A stretch of 64,000 bases of DNA from Aplysia californica (lineage: Eukaryota): contig NW_004797602.1 in the NCBI RefSeq assembly GCF_000002075.1, positions 34,304-98,303 of the forward strand, written 5' to 3'. The translations under genes and the position numbers were made by a program. Under the pieces are notes generated by a model, which was not told where the DNA came from, searched no databases, and worked only from the letters and a program-made list of their open reading frames with translations. Positions 35,501-46,770 of the stretch are shown in pieces; within the stretch, counting starts at the first letter, position 1, and each line of letters opens with the position of its first letter.

Positions 35501-38500
35501 CTAGTGCGGTATCTGCTTTGACACAAAAAAAATAGACGGTGGGACAGGACAATCCTGTCCGAGACAAGAATGTCGTACTGCGGTCGTAGCCTAAGTGTTT
35601 TACAGCGTTTGCAACTGCATAAGGTCATATGAGTGCGCGGGACACATTAAATATTTTCAGTTGATAAGACATTTTGAATTTTGCTCGGGTGGGGGCCGAA
35701 GCCTACTCTTATCGATTTTGGACCACTAAGGGATCTTTAACATGCCCAACTCGCACACGCAACCTCCGAGATTTTTTGCCTTTATCCGAGAAGGCTAGGT
35801 GTTACTACTGTTAGATCTTCCCTACTTTAAGATCAGGGGTGTGGCCGAACTACAACAGTTCGAAGGAACCAAGGAGTAGCAGTAGAAAGGCTGCAGAAAG
35901 AGTCAGGAGCCCGGTGGTGGGGGCAAAGGAGGTGAAGGGGTGGGAGCAGAAGGTGGAGATGAAAGCAGACTACAGAACATTATTAGAGAGCGGGAAAGGA
36001 TGTGAAAGGAGAACATTTTAGAGAAAAACATTTTTCGTCCCTTTACAGCTCAAATCCGGGACCTATTGATTTTATTGAACGAGAGGCAAACACCTTAACC
36101 TACAGACCACGAGAGCAACCTTTTTCAGCTGTATAAAAGTTACCAAGAAAACATCTCTTCAACACGCTGCAAAGATGACCAAACTCAGAAGACTTGGGCC
36201 AAATTCAAACTGAACAGCATTGGCATTCCTTACTCAGGTTCTTGTACTTATAATAAAACAGTGTAAATATATGCGCCAACAAATATATATCTAAATTATG
36301 ATAAAAGAAATGCATGACCCCAGCCTGAATCTAGATAAAATATTAAATTTGAAGACGCAGGGCTGCCTTCCCCAAAGTTCTCTTTTCAGGTAAATTCATG
36401 ATCAGTCTCAGGTATTTTGGCTCAAAATCAGGAAGTACAAATAGTAGGCCTACAAAGACAAAAAAGAAAAGGGAAAAAGATCGTTGCGCCTGTACATGTA
36501 GTTACCATCGAGCGGAGCATGCTGTTCGTGATATTGGGTAATTATATTTTGAAAATATGTGTGTGAATGCACAATAGTCAATGTGTGTGTTTGTGTGTGT
36601 GTGTGTACATGTGTGTGAGTGTGAGAGACAGAGAGAGAGAGACAGACAGTTTTGCTCTGATACCAATGTTCTTACTACTTCTACATTCACAGTTCAGTTT
36701 TCTTGATAAATGTTCCGATTTTCCAGCTGCAACAAAAACCCAAAGATAGACAGAAAAAATAAAAGGAGGATGACTACCAGATTTTAGCTAATTTATATGA
36801 GGAAATTTATTGCCGACGGAACCGCACTGTGGAAAAATGGTTGAGCAGGTGAAAAGCGCAATCTGGCAATTTCTAATACAATTTATTGCAGAGAGTTACC
36901 ATAAATATCTCAGAAGTTACGGAGGCAAACTGATACAGTGGAACTCGGATTCAACGAGGTCGCCGGTCCTGAACTAAAATCTCGTTGAATCCGAGTGTTC
37001 GTTATAGCAAACAAAAGGTTTTGTGTAGATAATTACAGGCACTGAGCAAGTAATTAACAATTGGTGCTGCCTGAAATGCCTGCATATTATGAACTGTGCC
37101 AAAAAAAAAAAGACCAATCAGTTCGAATGCACGCCTGTGTCGTCTTGATTGTTTGCCAAAATGTTGTGCTGCTGTGTAGAGCCTAGCATACGGCAACTTT
37201 TCATTCCATAGACCAGCGCATAATTCATTACGTAGATCTATGTCAAGACTAGCTTATCATTGTAATATTGATCAGTTGCCGGGGGGGGGTGTCGAATGAC
37301 TGTGACTCGTTTGTATCTCTGCGACGTTCCACCTCGGAACCGCTGGTGCCCCCACCCCCCTCTCCAACACACGCACACTACACACAGTCACACATGTACA
37401 AGCCGTCCATCCGACCCCGACATGCGCTAGGCCTAGAGTAGACACGTGTGTGAGCCAACAACGTTGTGTTGGTATTAAAAAAGGCCACTGATTGGTCGCA
37501 TGCAATTGGCTGAGTGAATAATGGTTCATGATGCAGAAGCAATGGATGGTTTCCGGAAATAGATAAAGTTCGTTCTGGGAGAAAAATGAGCGAAGCCACG
37601 TCTGCAGGGGCTGTTCACCCTGGAATCGACCTCGTTGAATCCGAGATCGCTGATTTAAGTGCTCGTTGAATCTGGGTTATTTTTTTTACTGATTTTAAAG
37701 AAGAAAAAGAACGGGGAATCCATCTCCTCTCGTTGAATCCGAGTTCTCGTTGAATCCGAGTTCCACTGTAGAATGCCAATTAGCTAATAGATCTACCATC
37801 TCTCTCTCTTTTTCTTTAACGCAAGGAGTTGATATGATGCAGCAAATATGGAACTTTCGGAGTGTACGATTTTGGCAAAAACTGGGAAGATTTGAAACAG
37901 TGTAGAACAGGCTTTTTCTCTTTTAAAATACTCTCGGCACCAATCGCAAATCCAGTAGTTTTGATACCCTTATCGGTATGCCGTAGAACAGGTCCAAAAT
38001 CGGTAACTACCTGAAAAATTGGTAGATTTAGGCAGCCCCAAAACACCTGTCACAAAAATGAAGTCGACATTGGGCTCTCTGGGCTTAGAGGTTAAGGTAT
38101 TCACCTCTCATTCGAAAATCCCGGCTTCGAATCCGGGTAGCGACCGAAAAATTTTCTTCTTTAATATTGTCTCCTTTCCCATTCCTTCCTGCTCTCTAGC
38201 AATGTTATGTATCTGCTTTCATCTCCACTTTCTGCCCCNNNNNNNNNNNNNNNNNNNNNNNNNNNNNNNNNNNNNNNNNNNNNNNNNNNNNNNNNNNNNN
38301 NNNNNNNNNNNNNNNNNNNNNNNNNNNNNNNNNNNNNNGGTCCCCTCCTTTGCCCCCTCCTCTGGGCTCCTGGCTCTTTCTGCAGCCTTTCTACTGCTAC
38401 TCCTTAGCTCCTTTTTACTGCCGTCTTTCAGCCACACCCCTGATCTTCTGGTAGGAAAGATCTCCCACCTAGCCTTCTCGGACAAGGGTGAAAAATCTCA

Positions 38501-41500
38501 GAGTTCCCATGAGCAAGTTGAATACGTTAAAGATCCCTTAGTGGTCTAAAATCGATAAGAGTAGGCTTCGGCCTTCAAAATTTCCTACAGACTGAAAAAT
38601 GTTTAACTCTTTCCAGACGTATCACGGATATATCAGCGCGAGTCCACACCCCTGCCGTACGTATTGCCGATATCGGAAAAGATGGGGTGCCTCACTTTTG
38701 TTTCGTTCTAACATGATCTGTCATTCATAAGATAGCAATGCCAATGAAAATTTAATTTTTCCCTTTAGGCCTTTTCTATTTGTTACCTAAGAAATAATTT
38801 TCTATTCTAAGAGAATTGGTTCATAAATAAAAAAGTTATTGGGTTGTAAAGGTTGGCAAAATATGGATGACCCACATATAGGAAAATACTTCTAAACAGA
38901 GGACCACGCATTAGCAGATTCTGTAAAACAATCGACGATATCTCAGTAATTAACTGGAGTGTAAGAAAGAAACTTGGCAACCCGAAGTGTATTTGGGTGG
39001 AGAAATCATTTCTGTCGTCAGAATTTACAAACCATTTCGTAGTTATTTTGTTATAATTAAAATTTTGGTGTACATATTACGATTTTGCGAAAAAGGGGTG
39101 TCGGGATGAGAACATTTAGTAGCAAGAACCATGGAAAAAAATTTTTTTGCTTTAAAGCCAACAAAACAATGTGCATATGATAGCCTTATCTCTGCTGAGT
39201 AACACAGTTTTTTAATTTTGACAATTCGTTCATAAATTTAAAAAAGATGATTTTTTAAAGGAATTTTTTTGGGGGGTGACTCTCATATAAGGAAAAAATC
39301 CCAAAACACGGTCCACATTTTTGGGTGTTTTGAGGCATTTTTTATTTAAAATTCCGTAGTAAACGGAATACATGAATGAAACTTGGCAGCCTTTTGTAGT
39401 TTTTCCTGCAGAACCTATGTATATCTATAAAGATATTTGATGTATCTGCAGTAGTTTTCAAAATATCAGGGGAAATGTGTACAAAAATTTATAGAAATTT
39501 TAGGCCAAGGACTTGGGGCAAACATTCAAACTCCTGCTACTTTTTATTTTTATTTTTACATATCTACGAAACTTGGCTATCTTTTGTATTTTTTCCTGCA
39601 GATTCCAAATCTGCTGTTATTTTTTGTTTGTTTGAAAGGCTCTTTTATCACTGTGAGCGAAAATGTTGAAAAGGTACCCTGGGTATGTTACTAAAATGGG
39701 ATATCCATTAACTTTTCTTGCAATATTTTTTGTATAATTGTATAACATAACATACCAGGTGTGCTCTGTGTAACAGAAGATAAGAGAAAGTGTACTGACC
39801 ATGTTGGGTTTATTTTAATTTTTTAAAATTTTGCTTGAACCTCCTTAGCATTTGAAATACACACAGAACGTGGTTATGGCTCCAGCTCGGTGTCCACAAC
39901 GCTTTTTCTTGCAGAAGTTTACCAATCTCCGTACTGGTACAAAATTGATAGAAAATACTAGTAATAATACATAAAAAAGACCCCTCAGTCACCAATTCTT
40001 TAGATTTAATCTATATTTTGTTCCTTGCTAACGAGAAAGCAATTCTATGAATTTATGTAAGCTACTATACTATGTAGTATTATAATTCCTGTTCCTTGGC
40101 ACGAAAACTGACGAGTCCACGTAGATCTAGGTCGGGGGAATAACAGGATCGAGAGAACCGTCAATATCGATCGATAACACAAGAATATGATCTCTCCTCC
40201 CCAATTTTTTTGTATGCAGAAAGTCTTTTTATCATATCCAAAGCGAATAAATTTCATGCAGGCATAAAGATAAAGCCTAAAAAGTGCTTTTTAGCTTTTG
40301 GAAAGCCGAACTGGTGAACATGGTTTCCCCGTCTCTCTCGCGCAGTAGACTTTCCCCGACCTGTTTCTTTATGACGTCATGGAATTTTTCACTCGTCGCC
40401 GGCTAGCCCAACCTACTCAGTGGAATGCCCGAATGCAGTCGAATTTGGGTGGTGTTTTGCAATGGTACGCAAAAAGTATGCCACATACATTAATGAAATT
40501 TGAAGACAATAAAGGAAAAAGGTTGTGAAAAAGAAATCCAAAATTCCACCAAATCTGGTGTAGCCGAGTGCTCAAACTTTGGACACAAACAGCACCATAA
40601 CCAAATAACCTACGTGTTTTCTTTTTCGCATGTGACTAGTTTGACCTCTTTTCTCATTGGCTGCCAAGTTTCGCTTTCATTCTTTGAGAAACAAGCCCGT
40701 ACGAGTGAATGAAAATAGGGCACCGTGAGAAAACGGGTCCTGTAAAACAAGCCCGCAGCGCCTAGATGGGAGTCCCCGATTTCGGTCACACTCATCGGCA
40801 CTGCGTGGGCCTTGCTACATTTTATTTATAGCATCGTATTACAACATGGGATCTTTAAGAATATGTTGGCAGCGTGACTAAATAATGGCAAACCTTTCTT
40901 TGATAACTTTAGACCATGCCAACCTTAAAAATAAGTTAATTCAATCTATCATGCCGTACAATAAAAAATTATTTTCTCCTGTTCAGACACAAACACCCCG
41001 AGGTGAGATAAGCTCGCCTCGGAACACCCCCATTGCGATGTTACAGGGGAACAGAGAGATAAACAACCCGATGTGCGCGCCCGCCATTGCCCTATAAAAT
41101 AGTAAAATAGATTTAGAGTGACCAATGATCATTGGTCACATACATTTGCCGCGAGAGTGAGGGGAAAATGGCCGGTCTCCGTGTGATGCCGCTTAGGATA
41201 GGGGGGTAGTCGTGCATTTATGATCGGGTCTAAACAACTACTTGACACAAAACGTTCAAATTTGAGCACACTATAGAGGAAAGATAGATCTCTTCCCTTC
41301 TTGACGTTGAAATTCAAGCTCCTTATAAATAGTTTTCGGTACACCCGATACAAAAGTGTTCCAGACATCAAAAGTATAATTTAAGAGTACGAACTTCAAC
41401 GTCCCCATATCATTAGTTTGCCCTATTTTCTCATTGGTTGCTGAGTTTCATTCACATTGGTAAAGAAAGAGAGCAGACCCAGGTTGAAAAAGTTAGTCAC

Positions 41501-43083
41501 CTATGCTACGACCCGGTCCAAAAATTCACCCGCAAACGGAGACTAAATTTTCGCTGAGCGGGAAAGCCTGATTGGCATTGCTATGTAAGAACTTATCATT
41601 GTTATTGAAAACTTAGAAAGGGTTTATGAAATGAAAACATCTAGTTTCACTTTGTCAAAGCGTCCGTTTGGCGAAAAACGGGTGAATTAATTCTTGCGGT
41701 CTTGCATCAACAAAACGATGTAATTGAACCCAGTAGAAATATCATAACTGAAACAAAATTTGGAATATTGCTTTCAAATAAAAAGCTGCGCATTCAGAAA
41801 GTCATGGATTATGCTCTCGGCCAGTATATGATAAGCTATACATTGATTTGCTTTCACTTGTTGGGTGAGTGTAATTTTTTCCATCAAAATTTATTTTTCT
41901 AATCACTCTTTCCCATTCTTACCCTTGTAAAGAATGCTTATGTTCAAAATTAATCTTTGTTTCATGTTGGAATGTATTCCTCATTCAATTTCATTCAAAA
42001 TCAATTTGATATATATAAATATCATATTTCACCTAAAGTGATGGTTATGCTTATGAAGTTATTTTGTGCTCCACCTGTGTAGCCAAATCGAGCCACAAGT
42101 TAATTATGTCTGGACCCCAAAAAAACTACGTCCCGAAAGAGTTAATGTGTTCTCCGCACTCATATGACCTTATGCAGTTGTGAGCGCCATAAAACACTTT
42201 TTACCAAAAAAAAAAAAAAAAAAAGAAGTTGACCACAAATCGGGCACTTTCCCCATCTTTCAATATCAATGTTACATTCTTACACAACCTACCAAAAGAA
42301 AGGTAAAATGGGTATTTTTGTAGAACCACTCCCGTTTGGCGTCACATCCACTATCGAAAGTCAGCTCCTTCACCACTTTAATGCCGTAGGATGACGAATA
42401 AGTTCAGTTTTTTAAAAGTTAAGGCTTAGTTTTGGGCTTTTAAAAAAAATGTTTGTAGTAATTAGAGGGGAGTTTCAGGGGGTCTCCCCATGACAAGCGC
42501 GAGTACGTAATAACTGTAATGATGTGCCGTAACATCTAAAGTAACTATTTGCAAAGCTTTTCAAAGCCAAAATCGTATTCAGGGCCCTAAAAAAAACCTA
42601 TACAGCAACAAAATAATACCCTTTAAGAGACGGGAGTGTTTCTATAAATTTTTATAAAATCACTCCCGTTTCGCGTCACATCCACTAGATCTACCAAAAG
42701 TCAGCTGCTTCATCACTTTAATGCCGTCAGATGACAAATAAGGTCAGTTTTTTGGGGGTAAGGCTTAGTTACAAGAAAAAAGAAGGAGGTAGCCTACAGT
42801 ATTGGTGTTTGGGTTAAGGATGAAACAGGTTTTGACACGACAATATACAACTACACAACAACAGGCAACAGTAACTCAGTAACAGTAACATCCGAGTTCT
42901 TACTGCTACATTCAAAACTTTGGTATAGCATTTACTTTTACGAATTATCTGTTGCTTCTGTTGATCTTTCGTTTTACTGACTGGAAACAACAAATCAGTA
43001 ACAGACGTCATAGTCCGCCTGAATCTTTCATCTACTTTTGTGAGTGTTGAATCCATTTTGTTAAAATTTGTCGTATCCACCAT
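26491..43083 (-). CDS. TMEM17: Transmembrane protein 17 (ciliary transition-zone MKS-module component); 5 coding exons, 214 aa
   Basis: Exons 43083-42936, 34371-34268, 32051-31938, 29100-28912 and 26580-26491 have GT-AG boundaries and consistent phases. The protein contains LPLQMALYFNCFFFPLW, IEIVRLYLGYLGNLMERVPELAGSWLLTLLL, LPMERALH and MVNYQVTKYHLQQF. These match recalled human TMEM17 segments (LALQMSLYFN..FPLW, IEAIRLYLGYVGNLQEKVPELAGFWLL, LPLEKAIH, RFHLQDF). Confidence 0.93.
28260..28883. mobile_element. piggyBac-like MITE
   Basis: TTAA|CCCTAGAAGCGC ... GCGCTTCCAGGG|TTAA, with three subterminal ccctWtatataggg repeats. Confidence 0.85.
28912..29100 (-). CDS. TMEM17: TMEM17 coding exon 4
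   Basis: Acceptor ctcggcag; VPELAGSWLL...AIRAMVNYQ (63 codons); donor gtaaga. Confidence 0.93.
29271..30882. mobile_element. piggyBac-like element containing a nested piggyBac-like element (29437-30747)
   Basis: Outer: TTAA|CCCTTCCAGG ... CCGGAAGGG|TTAA. Inner: TTAA|CTCACTGAGCAC ... GTGCTCAGTGAG|TTAA. Confidence 0.8.
31938..32051 (-). CDS. TMEM17: TMEM17 coding exon 3
   Basis: Acceptor ttccacag; WEYLDDLYRIVLAAVYIVYFIIEIVRLYLGYLGNLMER; donor gtaagt. Confidence 0.93.
32204..33042. mobile_element. Tc1/mariner-pogo-type MITE, copy 1
   Basis: TA|CAGTGGAACTCGGATTCAACGAG ... CTCGTTGAATCCGAGTTCCACTG|TA, perfect 23-bp TIR. Confidence 0.92.
33293..34049. mobile_element. MITE with GGGGGTGCCCA termini
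   Basis: TA|GGGGGTGCCCATTA ... TAGTGGGCACCCCC|TA. Confidence 0.7.
34268..34371 (-). CDS. TMEM17: TMEM17 coding exon 2
   Basis: Acceptor atttcag; HEYVTNLPLQMALYFNCFFFPLWLIGSLVILELK; donor gtaagt. Confidence 0.92.
34521..35591. mobile_element. PIF/Harbinger-like non-autonomous element with a MADF/Myb-like fragment
   Basis: TAA TSD, GGC..GCC termini and an imperfect ~21-bp TIR. Internal peptide MDVDLNWIENFICAMESKPYLYNKADVGYSNRD resembles a MADF N-terminus; Harbinger elements encode a Myb/SANT-like protein. Confidence 0.7.
35595..36115 (-). mobile_element. tRNA-derived SINE, copy A
   Basis: Reverse-complement homologue of 38070-38606 plus 42146-42205, including the gttaaagatcccttagtggtc core. 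Confidence 0.75.
36936..37768. mobile_element. Tc1/mariner-pogo-type MITE, copy 2
   Basis: Same TIRs and TA TSD as 32204-33042, with a collinear body. Confidence 0.92.
38070..38606 (+). mobile_element. tRNA-derived SINE, copy B (5' part; tail continues at 42146-42225)
   Basis: tRNA-like head with B-box ggcttcgaatcc; split at a TTAA by the 3.5-kb element. Confidence 0.75.
38607..42141. mobile_element. 3.5-kb piggyBac-like non-autonomous element
   Basis: TTAA|CTCTTTCCAGACGTA ... TACGTCCCGAAAGAG|TTAA. No transposase ORF is visible, and removing it restores the SINE. Confidence 0.85.
42936..43083 (-). CDS. TMEM17: TMEM17 coding exon 1
   Basis: MVDTTNFNKMDSTLTKVDERFRRTMTSVTDLLFPVSKTKDQQKQQIIRK plus one base, donor gtaaat; phase 1 joins exon 2. 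The start could instead be Met10. Confidence 0.8.
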
Positions 43084-43325
43084 TCAGTCACGTGATGTAA
43101 ACAGTCTGCCTTCCGTCAAATACCGTCAAAGAATGTACATAATAGTCGTTTAAATAGCACATCACTTCCGCGAAAAGGAGAAGAAAACTGCGAAATAGAT
43201 TTTGTCCGAACTCGAATGAAACGACCAATGAAACGGATTGTGACATCCGCGAACTTTGAAAGCATAAACAGCGACGGATCCCAAACAGCGATATTATTGT
43301 ATAGAGATCTACGATTTCATGAAAG
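43084..43325. promoter_or_regulatory. Putative bidirectional promoter for TMEM17 (-) and the Astrin-like gene (+), including the likely first exon of the latter
   Basis: CpG-rich. Contains GTCACGTGAT (43087), TGTAAACA (43096), CACTTCCG (43163), CCGCGAAAA (43168), CCAAT (43225) and TTTGAA (43255). Plus-strand donor AAG|gtaaaa at 43325/43326. Confidence 0.6.
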
Positions 43326-43650
43326 GTAAAAACCTTATTTTTATGGTGTGAAAGAAGGAATGCAGTGGATGAAAGCGAGTTAAATTGGGTTCAGTATTTC
43401 AAATAGATTGCACTTTTATTTTTTCACGTGTACTTCGTGTTATCATTAGTAAATTAGGCTAAGACGCTAAGTTACCAAAGCTGATTGGTGGTTTTTAGAT
43501 TTTAGAACTTGCAAAGTGATCAGAGGTGGCCATATTTTTAAGACAATGTCATAAAAAAAGGAGTCAAATCATTGGAGGTTTATTCAGAAACTGAGAAAGC
43601 TTCCACAATATATAATTCAGGCTGAACTACAATATATTATGATGTAGAAA

Positions 43651-45111
43651 GGCCTCCTCTATTCTCACCCGGAGTGAGAATGGCCACCTCTGTTCTCACC
43701 CGGAGTGAGAATAGTGCAGGCGAGTCTTGTGGCTATTCTCACCCGGTGCGCGTTCACCAAATTTTGCGTTCACCCTAAACCACAGAATTCTACACTGTGA
43801 TAACAGAAAAATTGTAGACTTCTGTGCCGTGAGCAAACGTTCCATTACAACTGTAGCCTACTAAAAGCGTACAATTTTGTCTGTGGGCAGTGGAGAGAGA
43901 AAGAGAGAGAGGAGTAGCGCGAGAATTTCCTGGCAAAACAAAATGGCGACCCGCGTAGTTCGGCTCGATTCGAAAAGTTAAATAGCCGTAGCATCTTTGT
44001 AGACAACCAAATTAATTTACTTTTGTGTTTTAACATCATTTTTTAACTTTGTTTTGGTCAATTTGATCGTCCACACCGATAGACAGTATTCAGAAAGAGA
44101 CAGAGAGAGAGAGAAGAGGGGAGGAGTTGATCTTGCGAGAACTTCCGGGCGGGTGAGAATAGCCACTTTCAGTGAGAATAGTGCAGGCGAGTCTTGTGGC
44201 TATTCTTACCCGGTGCGCGTTCACCAAATTTTGCGTTCACCCTAAACCACAGAATTCTACACTGATAACAGAAAAATTGTAGAATTCTGTGCCGTGAACA
44301 AACGTTCTATTACAACTGTAGCCTACTAAAAGCGTATGATTTTGTCTGTGGGCAGTGGAGAGAGAAAGAGAGAGAGGAGTAGCGCGAGAATTTCCGGGCA
44401 AAACAAAATGGTGACCCGCGTAGTTCGGCTCGATTCGAAAAGTTAAATAGCCGTAGCATCTTTGTAGACAACCAAATTAAATTTACTTTTGTGTTTTAAC
44501 ATCATTTTTTAACTTTGTTTTGGTCAATTTGATCGTCCACACCAATAGTCTCAATAGACAGTATTCAGAAAGAGACAGAGAGAGAGAGAAGAGGGGAGGA
44601 GTTGATCTTGCGAGAACTTCCGGGCGGGTGAGAATAGCCACTTTCAGTGAGAATAGTGCAGGCGAGTCTTGTGGCTATTCTTACCCGGTGCGCGTTCACC
44701 AAATTTTGCGTTCACCCTAAACCACAGAATTCTACACTGATAACAGAAAAATTGTAGAATTCTGTGCCGTGAACAAACGTTCTATTACAACTGTAGCCTA
44801 CTAAAAGCGTATGATTTTGTCTGTGGGCAGTGGAGAGAGAAAGAGAGAGAGGAGTAGCGCGAGAATTTCCGGGCAAAACAAAATGGTGACCCGCGTAGTT
44901 CGGCTCGATTCGAAAAGTTAAATAGCCGTAGCATCTTTGTAGACAACCAAATTAAATTTACTTTTGTGTTTTAACATCATTTTTTAACTTTGTTTTGGTC
45001 AATTTGATCGTCCACACCAATAGACAGTATTCAGAAAGAGACAGAGAGAGAGAGAAGAGGGGAGGAGTTGATCTTGCGAGAACTTCCGGGCGGGTGAGAA
45101 TAGCCACTTTC
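43651..45111. repeat. Tandem array of 3 x ~470 bp, probably TE-derived, flanked by direct repeat ATGTAGAAA
   Basis: Near-identical units start at ~43705, ~44172 and ~44648; ATGTAGAAA at 43642-43650 and 45112-45120. Confidence 0.9.
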
Positions 45112-45417
45112 ATGTAGAAATGAGGGCTACTAGATCTAGATCTAATCTTATCTAGTACTGGCGTTTCAAATAGCATGGGAGCTATATTCAGAATGCGGCG
45201 TTTCAAATCAAATAGCTCGGGGGAGCTATTCAGAAAGTGGCTTTACAAATAGCACAGGAGCTACTATTCAGAACGCAGCATTGCAAATAGCGCCTGCCAA
45301 AAAATTATGGCAGTTTAGCCCTCAAGAAAAAAAATTAATACATCTGTGTTTAAGTGCTTAAGAAAAAATTTACTGAATACACTGAAGATGGACTTATCTA
45401 GATCAAAAACCTATCAG

Positions 45418-46770
45418 TAGAGCTGGGTTTTCTTAAAATTTTAGAATTGCGAGCAAGCTGCTCGCTCCAAGTGAAACTTTACGAGTAGGCTTGAGTTCTT
45501 GCAGGCTGTGACGTCAGCACCATGTGACCTCAGTGACATCACATACTGTTTCGCGCCAAAGGCCGACAGTGTTACTGTTCCTTCTTTTTCTTTTGACTTT
45601 TTTTCCCCTCCACCCCTTTAAAATTAAAAAGAAGCCTCCCTCTCCCTCCCTCTCTCTCTCTCTCTCTCTCTCACTCCCCACCCCACACACTCACACATAA
45701 AACAGAAGTACTTAAGTTAAGAAATTAGGAAAGTCGAGCGTTCAACAAATGCATTGGCAGGTCGTGCATAACACACTCTAAAGTCCAAAACCAATCATAG
45801 TCTGATATGAGCAGCCAAAATCACATGTGCCACTACAGCCCGATCGTGTTAGCCTAGATTAAAAACTAGCTCTACCGACTGCGGGGGTTAGAAGTAGACA
45901 CCCAAACCATTTGCTTTTGGCGCTTACTACTCACATAGTACATTACAACGTGTTGCCTCCATTGACTGGCAACACTTCCTGTGTTTCCCATTCATAAATT
46001 AATGCATTAACCCTCCGCTCGTCTCACGCGCCGTCACCGAGTGCTCACCCTGCCCACAGCCATCCCCAGTAGACAGACCGACACCCCTTAGCCCCCACCC
46101 CCTTTCAATCACGCAGCATCTCAATGGCTGAACGACAGGCTAGCCTACCTAACACTAGGCCACCCTATAACCTTTCACCCTAGGCTTAGAGACTCCCATC
46201 TATTCATGAATAGCACCATCAATGACCTATGAACTGAGTTGAAGCTAAAGGCCTAGATATAGGATAATAAGAACAACTCTGAATCGATTCACTGAGTTGC
46301 CTCCGCACCATATGGTATCAACTCCTGAATCGATTCACTGAGTTGCGAGTAGACATGATCGCATCCACTGCATTAAATATAGTGTCAACTCCTGAATCGA
46401 TTCACTGAGTTGCGAGTGGACGTGATCGCATCCACCGCACTAAATATAGTGTCAACTTCTGATTCGATTCAATGAGTTGCGAGCAGCAAGTGAGTTGCTC
46501 TGAGGTGAATCTCCGGTGTTGCCGCTCGCTGCTCACTGACAGGCTTTTCACTTGCAAACTACTGCTTCTCATAGAAAGGCTGGTTGTATTTGGTCTTGGC
46601 ATCATAAACTGCCGTGGGCTCATTACATTTTAACAATTAAGATTGAGATTCATAGTAGAAATTCTTTGCTGCAACTCTGAATCACTGAATTGCACTGAGT
46701 TGAACTGAGTTGCTCAAGTGAGTTGGGAGTTGCGAGCAGTGAACGGAATTGATATCGGGATCCAGCTCTA
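45418..46770. mobile_element. hAT-like non-autonomous element
   Basis: TAGAGCTGG ... CCAGCTCTA termini, 8-bp TSD CCTATCAG / CCAATCAG (1 mismatch), and palindromic subterminal repeats caactc(c)tgaatcgattcactgagttg. Confidence 0.75.

Noticed and set aside
44054-44720. Two near-identical 63-66 aa ORFs (MVNLIVHT...)
   Set aside because: By-products of the 470-bp tandem repeat, with non-ATG starts and no splice or homology support.
43705-45111. Possible CRISPR-like or regularly spaced repeat array (also 46270-46740 and 5884-6058)
   Set aside because: Eukaryotic context, whole units are duplicated with no unique spacers, and there are no cas genes.
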